A stretch of DNA of 64,000 bases. Source: Phoronis australis (taxonomy: Eukaryota; Animalia; Phoronida). Shown here in pieces: positions 27,201-42,200 of this stretch. The position numbers were made by a program, and so were the translations under genes. The notes under the pieces were generated by a model. The model saw nothing but the letters and a program-made list of their open reading frames with translations, had not been told where the DNA came from and did not search any database. The stretch spans positions 837,612 to 901,611 of the forward strand of contig NMRA01000103.1 in the NCBI GenBank assembly GCA_002633005.1, written 5' to 3'. Each line of letters starts with the position of its first letter. The stretch's first letter is position 1.

Positions 27201-30200
27201 ACTATAGGTCATGTGATGTGGCCAACAGATGGCATTTGTGAAGACTAATCATTCATACAAAAGATTCAATGCGATACTTTTTCTCATCTTGTGTCTGTAA
27301 ATTGAACACAAACTGACCAAATACATAATCAGTCTAGTTTGTAGCCCCAAATATGTCACCATGAATTTCAGTTTGTTTCTAACCCCTAACAAATACCTTG
27401 CTTAGTGCCAGTCGTGTGATCTGCAGTCGGTCCTGTATTGAATGATGGTGAACTTCCAGATGTCTGCCTCCAGTCAAAGTCGTCTGCTTGTGATTGGTAC
27501 CAACCACAAGTGTTCATCTCGAAATCACAGGTTGCTAAAACGTGTCGAAAGAAATCAGATTTGAGTTGAATAGCAAACAAAAATGATCCTAAATATTAAA
27601 TAAATTTCTTTAAAGCGAACCATGATGGCACAGGAATTTGCAGGTGTTGCTATGAGGAGGTCAAAAGCGAGGTTGAATAGAAAACCAAAAGGGAAGCAGT
27701 TCTAAATTCAGTTAAGCCATGATGATTACAGTAATATCTCAAAATTTAGGACACAATATGGCAGACAAGAGCAATGTTATTTTCTCACAATTTCCATGAA
27801 CGATATAAAGCACCAACGTAGTGCTTTCCTACGCTCAAGTACTGTGCCATAGCAAACCATCAGACAATGTTTTGAAAAACTGTGGTCACTACCAACAACA
27901 TTAGAATCCATTGAAAAACTAGAAAAGGGCAACTTCAGTAATTCTTTTTATCGGAAATTGGTGAGTCTTTACCGTACAAGATTTTTTGTTGAATAAGTTG
28001 ATGACATAGTGTCTTTTTCCCTTGAATTAAGTCTGCGATTAGGAACTCGTGGACATAACAAGTCAAACTTTCCAATTGGCTTCCGCACTCAACCGTCGTT
28101 AAAGTTGTTGCCTAGTGATGGCAGCACCCGACAAGTTATTGCATCGAAGCACTGCCATTTTAAACTCAAAATTAGCAGCAACTATGAGTAATTTTATAAA
28201 TAATAACTGAAATAAAATGCTTCCAGTTTAATAGTAGAATGGTGAATATGTGAAGAAAATATTTACAAATTGTCAATGCAGCACATGCCATTGTTGACGG
28301 TACTGTCTGCTGATAATTTTGAAGCAACACACTACCTCGACACGTCACTGACAAATCCACCTGTTCACTGTGAAGTAAACTTGCGATTTTAAATTCCGTC
28401 AAACAGGGTATTTAAGCGTGCCCACTGACAGAAAATCCCCTAAACACCGAAGCATTGACGTTATTGGGAAAGGGCCTGTACTCACCAACAGGTTTGCAGA
28501 CACCAGAGGTAATTGCAATATCATCTATCGCAAGGTCTCCATTGTAGCTGCTGCCACCGATGCCTTCAAACACCGCCTGCCAATCGAGACTGGTGATCAC
28601 TTGTACAGAGCCTCGTCTCCAGGTGTTGCCCTGGTTACCGTAAATCAGCCAGTCTGGTTTCACCTTGGCGTTACCACGTTCCCTGATGTAGACGTTGAGG
28701 TTACCAACAGTGTCGCCATAGGCATGGTACCAGAATGACAGGCAAGATCCAGATGTGGCGGGATAGGATGGACTGATCAACCGTGCCTTGTCACCAATCT
28801 GTCTGTTAGACACTTCAATGTACATGTACTTTCCTACAATGAAAAATAAAAACTTTACTGTAAAAGAAAATTTTACAACTAGCAGTCTGTTTTCAGCAGA
28901 TCTTTCAAATGATGCACCCTTAGCAAATATAAGAATGCAAAAACGAAAGAGAAATTATTTTGTGCTACCTATCTTTAATGAAAAAATGCAAAAAAACATG
29001 AAATCTTACCAAAAATGTGGTTAATTTTGGAGTATTCTAAAATTGATTCAGCCTTTGAAAAATGGAAAAATCCAAATTTAGTAATTAGTTCAGGTTGGAG
29101 ATTCAAGAGAGATCATACCACAAACACTGAATGTCATGAAATAATTCCCAATTAAAAGATTTTTTAGATTTAAAATTCAACAGTATCGGAAAATTTCACA
29201 CTTAAGTCGGTCTTGAAACTAAATTATGAAAATCTAGAATTGTGTACGAACCAGCTTTAGTCTGGTACGTGTGGTCAGTCGAAGGTCCAGTCCTGACTGA
29301 AGGTGTACTGCCGGATGCTTGTGACCAATCAAAATCATCGGTTGAGTCCTGAGAGTAGCCACAAAGGTCGTCTTGGAAGTCACAGTAGGCTGAAAGCAAT
29401 TAACATTGAATGCATCATCACGAAGATGTTTGTTAGCAATTCCCATTCACTCAACAGAGCAAAAAAGTAGCATGATAAACTGCGTGGCTTAAAAGACTTA
29501 TGCTAACTAAGGTAAGTGAAATTTACAACAAAAAAAATGCATTTCATTTATTTCAAATTTCTAGTAGAATCACTAGAGCAGCCTATGAAATGATTTTTAG
29601 ATGCATTTTTGACTCGGGAACACTGCTGACATTCTGTGAGGCAACAGAAGTCAAGTCTAATGGCATGTAAAATATTCAGGCCAATTTTATGGCAGAGAAT
29701 GACCTGCAGAACTTACGCAAAGACGGGCAAGCACCAAGCAGGATGTTAATGTCATCAAGAGCAATGTCACCTTGGTAACCCGTTCCTCTTACGCCTTCAA
29801 ATACGACCTTAAATACAAAAAGTCATTAAATCACAGTATCTTGAGTAGCATTTTGTATTATTGCCTCGCCAGTTATTAAAATATACTATGCATGACACGA
29901 ACCATTACATTTTTCCACTCCAAAATAAGAATGGAACTTCGACAATCTCCAAAACATTGTGCTTAACAATGTGCATCGATCAAAATAAAAAAAAAACAAT
30001 CTGAAAAGTAAAATTAAGCTTTACCTGACTGTTGGGTTGCATTGCCAGCGACACCTGTCCATAGTGCCAACGGTCACCCCTGGTACCTGTCTTGGACCAG
30101 ATGGGGCCGCCCAAGGATGTGCCTGACTTCAGGTAGACATTGAGCGTGTTCACATGAGCACCATACATGTGGTGCCAGAATGTCACACAGCCAGTGCCAG

Positions 30201-33200
30201 TCTGGGTCAGGGGTGGGCTGATAACACGGGCAGTGTCGTTGAGCCGACGGAATGAGGCCTCAATGTAAATGTACTTTCCTAAAATATATTACAATGTTCG
30301 AATGAGCCTAAACATGTAACTCTACACAATGGTCTGTTTGGTAATTCGTTTTGACTCTCGTCACCTTTTTATTACCCATAATTATTTAATCTATTGCATC
30401 ATTATTTTTCATCCTTATGAACTTGGTAACGTTACTGCAGTCTATCCATATCTGATATCTGATTACATGTCAAGTACATGTTCGCACAGTCTGGTCATTC
30501 CTACCTGACTGACCGACAGTGTGGTCAAACCGGGGCCCAGTATTGGTGGAGCCAGTGCTGCCACTCTGCAGGGTCCAATCAAACGTGTCTGTCTTATCTT
30601 GGCTCCACCCACACAAGGATTTCTCAAAGTCACAGCCAAATATGGATGCTAGAAAAAGAATGAATGAAACAATAAATTAAAAGATTTATAGTAGACTGTA
30701 CTTAAGTCCATATACAAAAACTGGTCTCAAAAGACTACAAACGACTGAGATTATGGAGGAGACTTGCTATAAAAGAAAGATTTTTGAAGCCAGTGACAAA
30801 ATTTTGCTGTTCATAATGAGATGAAGCTGTCAAGACTAAAAGATTCAAACTGATCTACATAGTTTAGTGAAACGTACCAGGTGTCGACACGGTAGGTGGC
30901 AGAGTAGTGACTGTCGTCAACACTGATGCACAAGACCCCTTTTGGAGGTTGATGTCGTCAAGGGCAATGTCACTGGTGTAATTGCCTCCCTTGACTCCCT
31001 CAAACAGGATACCGTATGGCTTGCTGTTACTGATGTCGATCTGTCCTTGTCGCCAGACGTTACCAAGGTTACCAGACTTAGTCCAGATCTGGGTCTGCTG
31101 GATACCTTCCGACTTGTACACGTTCAGGCTTCCAACACCTTGAAATTAAAACAATAAAGTTATGGAGAAGGCGCACGTCTGCTAAAGTGTAATCCAGCTA
31201 AAATGCACACAGAGATGCAATGGTGAGCTTCAGAAAAAATCTCCCACAAAAAATTAGATTCTTTAGGAGTTGTACGCAAATACAACTGATTCAAAGCGAT
31301 TAAACTTGTGTTAAAGCTTTATTTCTCACAAATGCTAAAGCTGTAAGTTTTCTGTTTATCAAAAAGCTTTATTAAATTGGAACAAATAATGAAAACTTTA
31401 CCAAAATTAAATAAATGTTATTACAACTACAAAGTACAAACCAAGCTATCAGACAGTGTCTATTGTCCACAAAGTTTTCGTAATCTTAATTTTCGTTGAG
31501 AAATCCAACAAAATAAAACTTCGATTGTCCGCGACGCTATGTACTAAATAGGTGTATCCTGATTTTAATCAAATTGCCCAAAGAAAAAATCAAACACAAA
31601 AAGCGTCAAAAAACCCCCTTCCTCCAGAACAGTAGGACTTACCCCTGCCATACATGTGGTACCAGAAACTCAAGCATGAGCCAGTTGTTGACTCAAACTC
31701 AGGACTGATGAGCCAAGCCTTGGCACCAGTCTTCAGGGCTCCACTGGCCTCAAGGAACACGTAATGTCCCGTCGAGATGCCCGTTGTGTGATCCACGGTT
31801 GGTCCGGTGAAGAAGGAAGGCGTAGCTCCAGATCCTCTGATCCAATCGAAATCATCGCCTACTGGTCGGTTGAGGTAACCGCAGAATCCCTCCTCAAAGT
31901 CACAGGCAGCGGGTGAGCCACAAGGTGTTGTAGACAGCTGAACGTCGTCGATGGCAATGTCACCGCGGTAACCGTTGCCCCGGACACCCTCAAAGATGAG
32001 CTGGAAGGAAAACAAATGAATTCAAGAAATCAAATCACAAGAATGTTGAAGGAAGACAATTCAATAAATCAAATCACAAGAATGTTGTGCGTACTTCACA
32101 AAAAATGAATAGTACGTACTAGCCTTTCATAATCTAGGTTTCACAGGACATAAATTTTGCAGAAATCAATAAACAAAGTCTGAACATACGGAAACTAAAT
32201 GTTGTCAAAGGAAATTGGCTTTTTCAATGAATTCAAAAATATTTGTCCTTTATCTTTAACCACTGAGTGACAAAACAGCTAATCATAGAACTCTAAAGTG
32301 TCTGTACACCAGAGATTCATGCCCTTCACTTAAGCTCATCTCATCAATAAACAAGTAGTTACATAAACATGAATTTCTTACCGTGTATCTCAGCAAACGG
32401 CTAGATATGGGCACTTGAGCGAATCGCCAAAAATTGCCCTGGTCACCCTTCTTGGACCACAAGAGCCTCTGACGTAGCGCGGATGGCTTTAGATAAAGGT
32501 TGAGGTTGCCAATGTTAGAGCCCTTCATGTGATACCAGAACTTCAGACAACTACCACGAGTGCGTGGGAAGGTGGGGCTACGCAGCTGAGCTTTGTCACC
32601 CGTCTTGCGTGGAGCAGATGACTCGATGAAGGCGTAGTAGCCTGTCGGGTGGAGAGATTTGACAAGATTGAATGCAAGATAGCAAGAAATGCGAGTCGTG
32701 TACTGCTAAGAATGAATAGATTGGAGTATTAGGAGAATGCTCCAGCTTTGTATCGTATATTGCAATGAGCTCAAATTGTATTTCATGTATTCCACAAGCC
32801 AGCCATGATCGGATGAGGCTTTCTAAACTGGGTGGAAACTAGATAATACTCTGCTGGGATATCACTAAAAATAAAAGGACTTTTGAGAAATGCGCCACAG
32901 CAAAGACAGCCTGCAACCAGCTCAGCAATCATAAAATAAAAAAGCACCATTAGCACTTAAATAACAGAAAATGAATAACTCCAATATACATATTGGTTCA
33001 TTTAATTTCAATCAAATTAAAAGGTCCAAAATTAATTTTCTATGCAATGTGTACTTTTGTTATCTCTTTGAGAAACTTGAATCTTTGAAAACAATCATGC
33101 CAGTCAAATAAGATGTTCAAAAAAGATGCAAAATATACAGAAACTGTGTCGCAAACTGGAGAGAACAGCACCACAGTATCAGCTGACCGCTCACCTTGAC

Positions 33201-36200
33201 CAGTGCCTGTGGTGTGGTCAGTCCCTGGTCCAGTGCCTGCGCTAGCCGTAGCATTGTTGTTACGGGACCAGTCAAAGTCATCAGTGGTAGCCTGCGTCCA
33301 GCTGCAGAAGTCCACTTCAAAATCGCAGTAGGCTGCAATGAACCCAGTAAGACAGTGACGTAAGGTATTAGTGATGATAAAAACTTTATGGAACTGTAAA
33401 AAACACAAAACATCAGCGTAAAACTGTTGGAAAAATTTTATGTTTTTTAAACAATAAAAATCAGTTTGGGATGCATGGCAGATAGGTGAAATTTCCTTTT
33501 TGTCAAATGACTCAACAGGAAAATTTAGGCAATAATCCTATACGATGTGGACACATTTCGATATCCAGTTTGATGCTGTTATTCGGTGGAGAAAAATGGT
33601 TTTCAATTGATTTCAGCATCGTGGTTTGTATGATGTAGATATTACCAAACAACATTTTGGTAAAATTTTGAGCATTTGCAACAATGTGGTAAGGCTCTGA
33701 GAAATAGAAAATATGGCAATTACAGCGATTATTTTTGTCCCAAATTGAATAGTTTGTACCGCGTATGTCCTACAACTTGTCACATCGTTTAAGAAAACTG
33801 CTTGACAAGTTGGGTTTTTATAACAATTTTGTCCACTTTGACTTCATGTTTGATACGATATGACATTTTGTACCACCCCTCCAGTGTGATGCACAAATTT
33901 TAAGTTTACTTAGTTCTTTTCATTTCATTTTTTGCAATATACAAGTGGTTAGTACATAGTAAACATTATGCCCATAATGAACTAACAGAAAAATAACATT
34001 TAAGAACAACAGAAATTTGTTGTCAACAAAACCAATCTTAACAAACATTTGCTGAAACATTTGCGGTTCTTCAAATATCGCAAAACTCTAACTTGGCCTA
34101 ATCAGATAAGTGTCAATGAAAACTAACGAAGTAACACATCGGAATGCTTCGTCTTACTGAATAACGCGTTAACATCATTCACTCTGTAATGTCATTTAAT
34201 CCAATCATCAAAGAGGTACACACACTACAAGCCAAAAGTATTCAGACAAAATGACCAGGAATTCCTCATCATGACGGTTGGATGGAAGCCAAATTCATCA
34301 TCAGAGCAGACTTCCCCCATCTATGGAGAGGAATTGGAACTAAAGGAAATTTAGTAAAGGTGGCTAAGCTGCATTTTGAAATAAGAATTTTACCGCCCTA
34401 ATAGTACGCTATTGCCAAATATGTTTGCTGGTAACAATTAGCCATCATGGTGAGAAATCGTTTCTCGGACTAATTTTGTCTTATACTGTACAATATTTAT
34501 GCCACGTAGTTCTGAAGACAGCTTTTAATTCATTTAATATCAGTATAGGTCAAATTTCCCATTGCACCAATAGAGGGCAGTTTACATACGTTGTGGAGGA
34601 CATGGTCCCATGTACATGTCAACGTCGTCGATGGCGATGTCTCCGGAGAAGCCTACTCCCGTGGTACTCTCAAACTGAATCTAAAGTGGAAAAAGAAGCA
34701 TCAAGTAAACACAGCAACTTACAAACATCAACCAATATATAACACGTGTGAAGACCAATATATTCCACACTTTAAGACCAATACATCCCACAATCAAATT
34801 CTAAATTACAAACAGCAGGTTGTAAAAAGCGAATTTTCAACACAAATAGTAAAGTCCATTGTTGCATCATCTTTGAAAACCACGATTGTTTTTGGTTCAT
34901 ATTTGGGCTGGAGCTCTTATTACGCAATGTGAAAACACCTGAAGTGAATGGAGATCATTCAGTACTTCAATGGGACTATTCATTACTAGTCACTTGATCA
35001 CTCTCAGAAGTTTGCGATTTTGGATTGACTTAATTGGCACTAAATGGTACGTTAAAGGCACAGTTGTTTCATTTCTCATATATTCCTCCTTTACAATTAG
35101 CGACCAGCTGACCTCATCAAAGATAGAAACATTTTTTCCAAATCTTTATATGTCAAGTGATGCGATGTGGCACATAAGAGACCACTTTCTCTAAGAAGCC
35201 CAATGTTTGATCTTAGCAGCATTTTAATATTCATTCAATAGTTCTTAGGATCTCTCTGGCTTACCTGGTAATCATACACAGAGTTAATGGCCACCTGGGC
35301 CTGTCTCCACTCATTAGCCTGGTTACCTAGCCTAGTCCATCTCTTTACGCGCTTCCCTCCATTGTACACGTAAACGGTGAGAGAGCCAATATGGGGTCCA
35401 TACATATGGTACCAGAAGTTGAAACATGTGCCACCAGAAGGTGTGGGTGGTAAGATGCTCGACTGGAGAATGGCTCGGTCGCCATTCTTGCGAGGGGATG
35501 ATGCCTCAGCGTACAGGTAGGTGCCTGAAGGGAGAGGGAGGTTTAATAAAACAGGCAGGAACGTGGACTTCTTTCTTGTACTACCTTCACCTCCATAAGT
35601 ACAACAGGAATTACTTGGCACCATTCTATTTAGCAACTTCTAAAAATTTAACAGGAAATATTTCAAAAGGCTAAACAGCTACTTTTGAAGAATTCCGGTT
35701 TAGCCATAGCTGCATCAATTTAGTAACAGTTTGTGAAGTAATTCTTACGACTGAAAATATTGTAGACAATACTTTTATCTTGTGTATTATCATCGGGAAA
35801 CATATAAATTTCATGACGTAGATTTGGAAAGCAGCACCTTTTCAGAAAATTAACTGTTAAGCAAATAAACTTGCTGTTACTCATTACTTAACAAGACAAA
35901 GTGACAAAAAATAAAAAATTCACTTGAAGGTTGTATTAAAACCCAAATTGGTGAGGTTTTACACCACCTGAACAATACACTGTCAATTTCTTGTATCAGA
36001 AGGAGAATCTTTTGTTTGCTCGACTGCTCGACAGGTACATGAGTTTGATAATTTGATAACGTAGCCTTGCAAAATGATCCAGGGCAAGTTATAGCCTTAC
36101 CAAATCCTGAGTGATCTGAGATTGGTCCTGTATTGCGTGACGGAGTTGTCTTATTGCTGCGCGACCAGTCAAAGTCATCTTTCGTGGACTGTTCCCAGAA

Positions 36201-39200
36201 ACAATTGTCAACGTCAAAGTTACAGCTCACAAATATTTGAGCTGAAAAAAAGAAATAGAAAAAATCCTTAGATTGCACCATAAATGATAGGTGTTGTGAA
36301 AGAAAAATACTGTGGACGTTGTATTTTCCTGCATCAGGTATGCTTGTCACGCTGAATTTAAAGTACATCCACATTCAAATTTCTAAAATAAATAAACAAA
36401 TGAACTTATCATTCAGGTCAAATCTAAATGGAGGCTCATTTNAATGTGGACTTTTTTCTTGTAGTACCTTCACCTCCATAAGTACAACAGGAATTACTTG
36501 GCACCATTCTATTTAGCAACTTCTAAAAATTTAACAGGAAATATTTCAAAAGGCTAAACAGCTACTTTATTGAAGAATTCCGGTTTGGCCATAGCTGCAT
36601 CAATTTAGTAACAGTTTGTGGAAGTAATTCTTACGACTGAAAATATTGTAGACAATACCTTTATTTTGTGTATTATCATCGGGAAACATTTAAATTTCAT
36701 GATGTAGATTTGGAAAGCAGCACCTTTTCAGAAAATTAACTGTTAAGCAAATAAACTTGCTGTTACTCATAACTTAACAAGACAAAGTGAGAAAAATAAA
36801 AAATTCACTTGAAGGTTGTATTAAAACCCAAACTGGTGAGGCTTTACACCACCTGAACAATACAATGTCAATTTCTTGTCTCAGAAGGAGAATCTTTTGT
36901 TTGCTCGACACGTACATGAGTTTGATAATTTGATAACGTAGCCTTGCAAAATGATCCAGGGAAAGTTATAGCCTTACCAAATCCTGAGTGATCTGAGATT
37001 GGTCCTGTGTTGCGTGACGGAGTTGTCTTATTGCTGCGCGACCAGTCAAAATCATCTTTCGTGGACTGTTCCCAGAAACAATTGTCAACGTCAAAGTTAC
37101 AGCTCACAAATATTTGAGCTGAAAAAAGAAAAAGAAAAAATCCTTAGATTGCACCATAAATGATAGGTGTTGTGGAAAAAAAATACTGTGGACGTTGTAT
37201 TTTCCTGCATCAGGTATGCTTGTCACGCTGAATTTAAAGTACATCCACATTCAAATTTCTAAAATAAATAAACAAATAAACTTATCATTCAGGTCAAATC
37301 TAAATGGAGGCTCATTTCGTAACATTTGATAACTACGGCTGTATTAAATAATTTACCTTGATCAGAAACCTTGGCATAGTTTGGCATTGTGCTGCAAGAG
37401 CCATCGTCAACGGAGACGTCATCAATGGCAATGTCACCACGGTAACTTGTGCCGCGGGTAGCTTCAAAGATTAGCTAAAAGCAAAAATGAGAACTTGGTC
37501 ACACGTGGAGTTTTTGGAACAAAACTATTAATTTCAACAAGGATTATGACTACACACAAACTTAACCTACAAATGAGTGACTCATACAGACCCTGAACCC
37601 TCACCTGGTAGGGTACTTGTGTGTAGACAGCTGGCACCGGCGCCAAGGCTTGCAGCCACTGATTTCCCTCCGCTGCACTCAGTTGCCAGACGAGGGCGGA
37701 GTTGCTGATGTCACTGCTTGTCTGGTTGTGTTTGACCATGACCTTCAGCGCTCCAATGTCACCGCCGTACATGTGGTACCAGAATGATAGACACCTGTCA
37801 CTTTTGGTGGGCGGGAAGATCTCGCTGCCAAGGTGAGCGATGTCTCCCGTCTTACGGGGAGCGCTGGACTCGATAAAAGCATATGTTCCTGAGGAGAGAC
37901 GTGACATGAAAAATTTAGTATTATTTTTCAACAAAAGAGTTAATCCCAGAAAATGCAAGAAAGATTATATCTGGACTAGAAATATTAACCAACTTGTTCA
38001 TAATTCCACTGTTAAAATGTGAAAACAAAAAATAGGAAAAGATATATCAGTCATAATTTTACTAGAGATAGTTCAAAATCATATTATATAAATCAGCAGA
38101 TGAAGCTCAAGATCTTGGCAATTCAATATATTTCCAACCAATGATTTACATGTGTGTTGTTGTTGGTATTGCATGGTAGTAGTTTTACGTTTTCCACGGC
38201 AGTGATAAAACAAACAAACATGAAGTTTTAAAATTTCCCTCCCACAAAAGAACATCAAACTTTTAGAAAATCAAAGTTAAAGAGAAGGGTTTCAGCAGAA
38301 TCCATGTAGAGCACTTAAAGTACTTTGTGACATTACCCTTGACTGTTCCCAGGCTGTGGTCAACTGACGGTCCAGTGATGGTTGATGGTGTACCTCCCTG
38401 GCCTCTCGTCCAGTCAAAGTCATCATCGTCCAAGTTAACCCACGTGCAGAAGCCTTTCTCAAAGTTACAGTAACCTATAACGAAGATAAAAGACAGTAAT
38501 AACAAGACAGTAATAACTCTTCTAAAGAACCGTAAGACAGAATCAGTCTGCTCAGACACCAACCCCATGGAATGCAGTCAGAGCCTGCCAGCTCCAGATA
38601 CGGAGACAACTGCTTACAGACCAGGGTATGAAACATATTATTAAATTAAGTAAAACAATGGAGGAGACGAATAATAGACAACTGTTGACTCTTGCTTGCG
38701 CTTGTAATAACAGGTCTTCACACTCTCCATAAGAGGGTTCGCAGAACAGGGGTTTGTTTCATGTAAAGGGACTAATGACTTTAGTCATAACTTTGGTCTT
38801 ACATAACTGCTACAAAAATAATTAAGTCTCACTGGAGCAAAACTGTAGTCTTTACATATTAACTGCTAGTTATTGAGAAAATTTCTGCAAATTATTTCCT
38901 GCTTGTAATGTACCTCACAATAACGACTTGGCTGAATCTTTATTCAGCAATTACGAAGGGGCAGCATAAGACCTAATTTCTGTCACTATGTTGAAACAGA
39001 CCCCAGGATTTTAAGACAGATAGTGGAAGTCCCGTCATATTTCTGCACTATAATCAACTAAATAATGCTTAATAGTTGATTCTTTTAATGCCACCAAAAA
39101 AATTTCACTTACCTGGTTTATTGCAGGCACCATCAACAATAGAGATGTCGTCTAGCGAGATATCGCCACGGAAACCATTACCAAGGATACCTTCAAACAC

Positions 39201-42200
39201 CAGTTGATAGTTACTGGTGGGATAAAATGTGGCCTGACCCAGGAGCCACTTGTTGCCTTGGGTGAACGAACGAGACCACAACGGTGACTTGAGGTACCGC
39301 TTGTCGGTGAGACCCTGCGAAGAAATAGGAGACTCATGCATAAACATGTTAGACTCTATAATGTAAATCATTAGGCCACGTGATGTGGCCAACAGGTAGC
39401 GTGCAGACCAGACTCAAAAAATCTACATTTCTATGTATACAACACAAAGACTGTTGTGCTTACTAAGTGAGGTGGCGAAATAGAAACAGTGAATACAGAA
39501 AGATGGAAAATTCAACGCTTGCTAGTCACGAGCAAACGAATTCAATTCACTTTCAAAAATTAAAATTATTTGAAGAATGGCATTTACAACATGGCCATTT
39601 CAAAGGACCAAGAACATGGGCATGAAAAATAATTTCAAGGCAGCACCCACGTTGAATGCAAGATCTACATAAGCCTACATGTAATTCTGAACATTATAAA
39701 TATTTTGAGAACTTTTTAAGCAGTCTGTGTCCTTCCATTTCCAAGCAGTCCACTTGTTTTAATAATGAGCAGGTTGAAGAACACAGCTGCAATGAACCGA
39801 ACCGCTACAGACAAAAAAAAACACTTAAACCATTGTGCACTTATTTATTAAATTGATCTTAATTTAGTCCTTATTGGATGATTCCTGGGCTTGGGACAAA
39901 TTACTATTTATTACTGCTAGAGACCAGAAGGAACAAGTTAGCTTGATCAGTATGGTCTTCAACAGTAACAATCTTTCAGCTCCTACCAAGCACAGAAATC
40001 AGTTTTAATCTGAGCAAGGAATATCTAAAGTTTAGATGATTTTTTAACAGTAAATAGTTTAAATCACAAATTTATAGCAACTTTGAACCCCAAAATATCA
40101 ACCATAGTTCACTCACCTGCGAAGCTCCATAGACGTTGAGCGTTCCAATGTGCAAGCCATACATGTGATAGTAGAAGTTGACGCACACTCCGTTGGCGCC
40201 AGCCTTCATAGTGAAAACGGGGGACACAAGACGTGCTGCGTCATTCAACTTCCTATTTGACGCTTCCAGATACATGTAGGAACCTAGGAGAACACAGAAC
40301 CAATCAGAATATGGCAAACGCACAGTCGAAGTATCTTGGCAAACTCTCCTAAACTTCTGCAGACACAGTCAATTGCTGCAATCCATGAAGAGCCCAGTAG
40401 AGGTAAAAATTGATCATATGAGAATGATCATCCTAAAGTTGTAGTTTGCTAATACGAACACAATAAATCGTTGAATCCAGTCCTGCTGCTTAGGATGCTT
40501 GACCTGCTTGGTCACGTATGTAATCCTTAACGACACCTCATTAAGTCATAAAACAATGTGCCTGTTGACAGTTGGCAGTCCAGTCACCTGGCTCTCTATT
40601 GTGTTGGCAGGGAATGGGGTAATTGAAACTTGTCCTTCAGTTGACAAAGTTAATTGGGTTTTGGCATGAATTTTCACCTGTACTAGGTCTCTCATGCAGC
40701 CAATTTTCATTTTTCAAAAGGTGCTAACATAACAATTCTCAAAAATTTTCACTTTACATAATACACAAATGGAAAGTGGTATAAACCATCAATCCCAGGC
40801 ACCTAATCATTTCTGAATAAAATGATGATAAAATCAAAGTCACTCGCCTTTTGCGTCCCAAACTGAGATTCTATCTTTTACAACTCGTTTAGAATTTACT
40901 GACCACAAAAAACGTCTGTTCTCAGCCCATGCAAACTACTGCTAGACAGTAAGCAAGCATCTATATTCTGAGCCCCAAGCCATATACAGACTACTGTGAG
41001 ACAGTGAACACTCAAGTGACGGGAAAGCACATTTAGATTACAAGAAACATCTATGTTCTGAGCCCAAGTGCCATGCAGACTGCTGTTATACAGTAAACAC
41101 TCAAGTAATGAGAGGCACATTTAGATCCAAACAAATGTCTATGTTCTGAGCCCAAACCCTACGCAGACTACTAGCTGGTAAACAGTACACTCACGTGATG
41201 AGAGAGCACATTTAGACTATATGAGCTTCCAAATATTAGACTCTTATAGATTTTTTTGAAATATTGTGATTGTTTCCGCTTACCTCCGTCAGTACCCGTC
41301 GTGTGATCGGTGACTGGTCCAGTGAGGAATGAGCCCGTACTCCCGCTGTTCCTCACCCAGTCAAAATCGTCATTATTGTCCTGGCTGTAGCCACAAATGG
41401 CTGGATCTTCAAAGTCACACACAGTGTCTGAAATTTTAATAAATTTCATTTGTCACACACAGTTAAGGGCCGTGGTATATGAAACAGTTCACAGTCATGT
41501 AAAAGGAAGTGCAGACGACTTCCCAACCAAACCTGAGGACACCGTGCAATCAGGGAAGATAACACCCAGGAGCAAGGAATGAACATAACTGATTAAGGAT
41601 TTCGTTGCTTAACCAAACAAACCGACTGGCCTCTATAGAGACAGTATGTAATGAACACTCAATGGGAAATATAGACTGGAGGTCCCTTGCAACTGATGAA
41701 CAGCGTGCCAGAAAAGAAATGATGGATGAGCACATAACTTGTTGAGTTTACAACTTCCTGTAAGTCGCTTTCCTGGGACACAAGTGCTTCAGCCTTTGTC
41801 AATCCATAAAACCGTCAAATGAAGTGGTCATAAATGTAGTCTAAATCAGCACCATTCTGAATAGTAATACAATAAATTTACCAACTTCATTGAACATCTT
41901 ACAAATGACAGTCAAGAAACAGAGTGTAAAATAGAATTAAAGATCAATTTTCACAGTTTATAAAAAGAATGCCTATCACACAACTGACTTACTCTTCACT
42001 TGACAGTTTCCATTGGAGATCTTGATGTCGTCAATGGAGATATCGCCACGGTAGCCATTGCCCACCATGCCCTCAAACACCACCTACATAAAGTTTTGAT
42101 AATTATTATGTAACTTTTCACAGTACAACGTCATGCTCAGGGAACACGTTCTGACACCAGAGCACCACAAAATGCAACAACGCAAGGCTACTAAAAGCCA

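Larger units (their letters stand above)
35561..37317. repeat. ~880-bp tandem duplication (35561-36441 / 36443-37317) joined by a single N; contains exon E34
   Basis: Two near-identical blocks differing by scattered SNPs and small indels, separated by n at 36442. Confidence 0.95.

Noticed and set aside
34241-34273. Minus-strand ATGATGA...CTGA as a C/D box snoRNA
   Set aside because: The boxes are only ~30 nt apart, too short for a C/D snoRNA, and no guide is recognisable.
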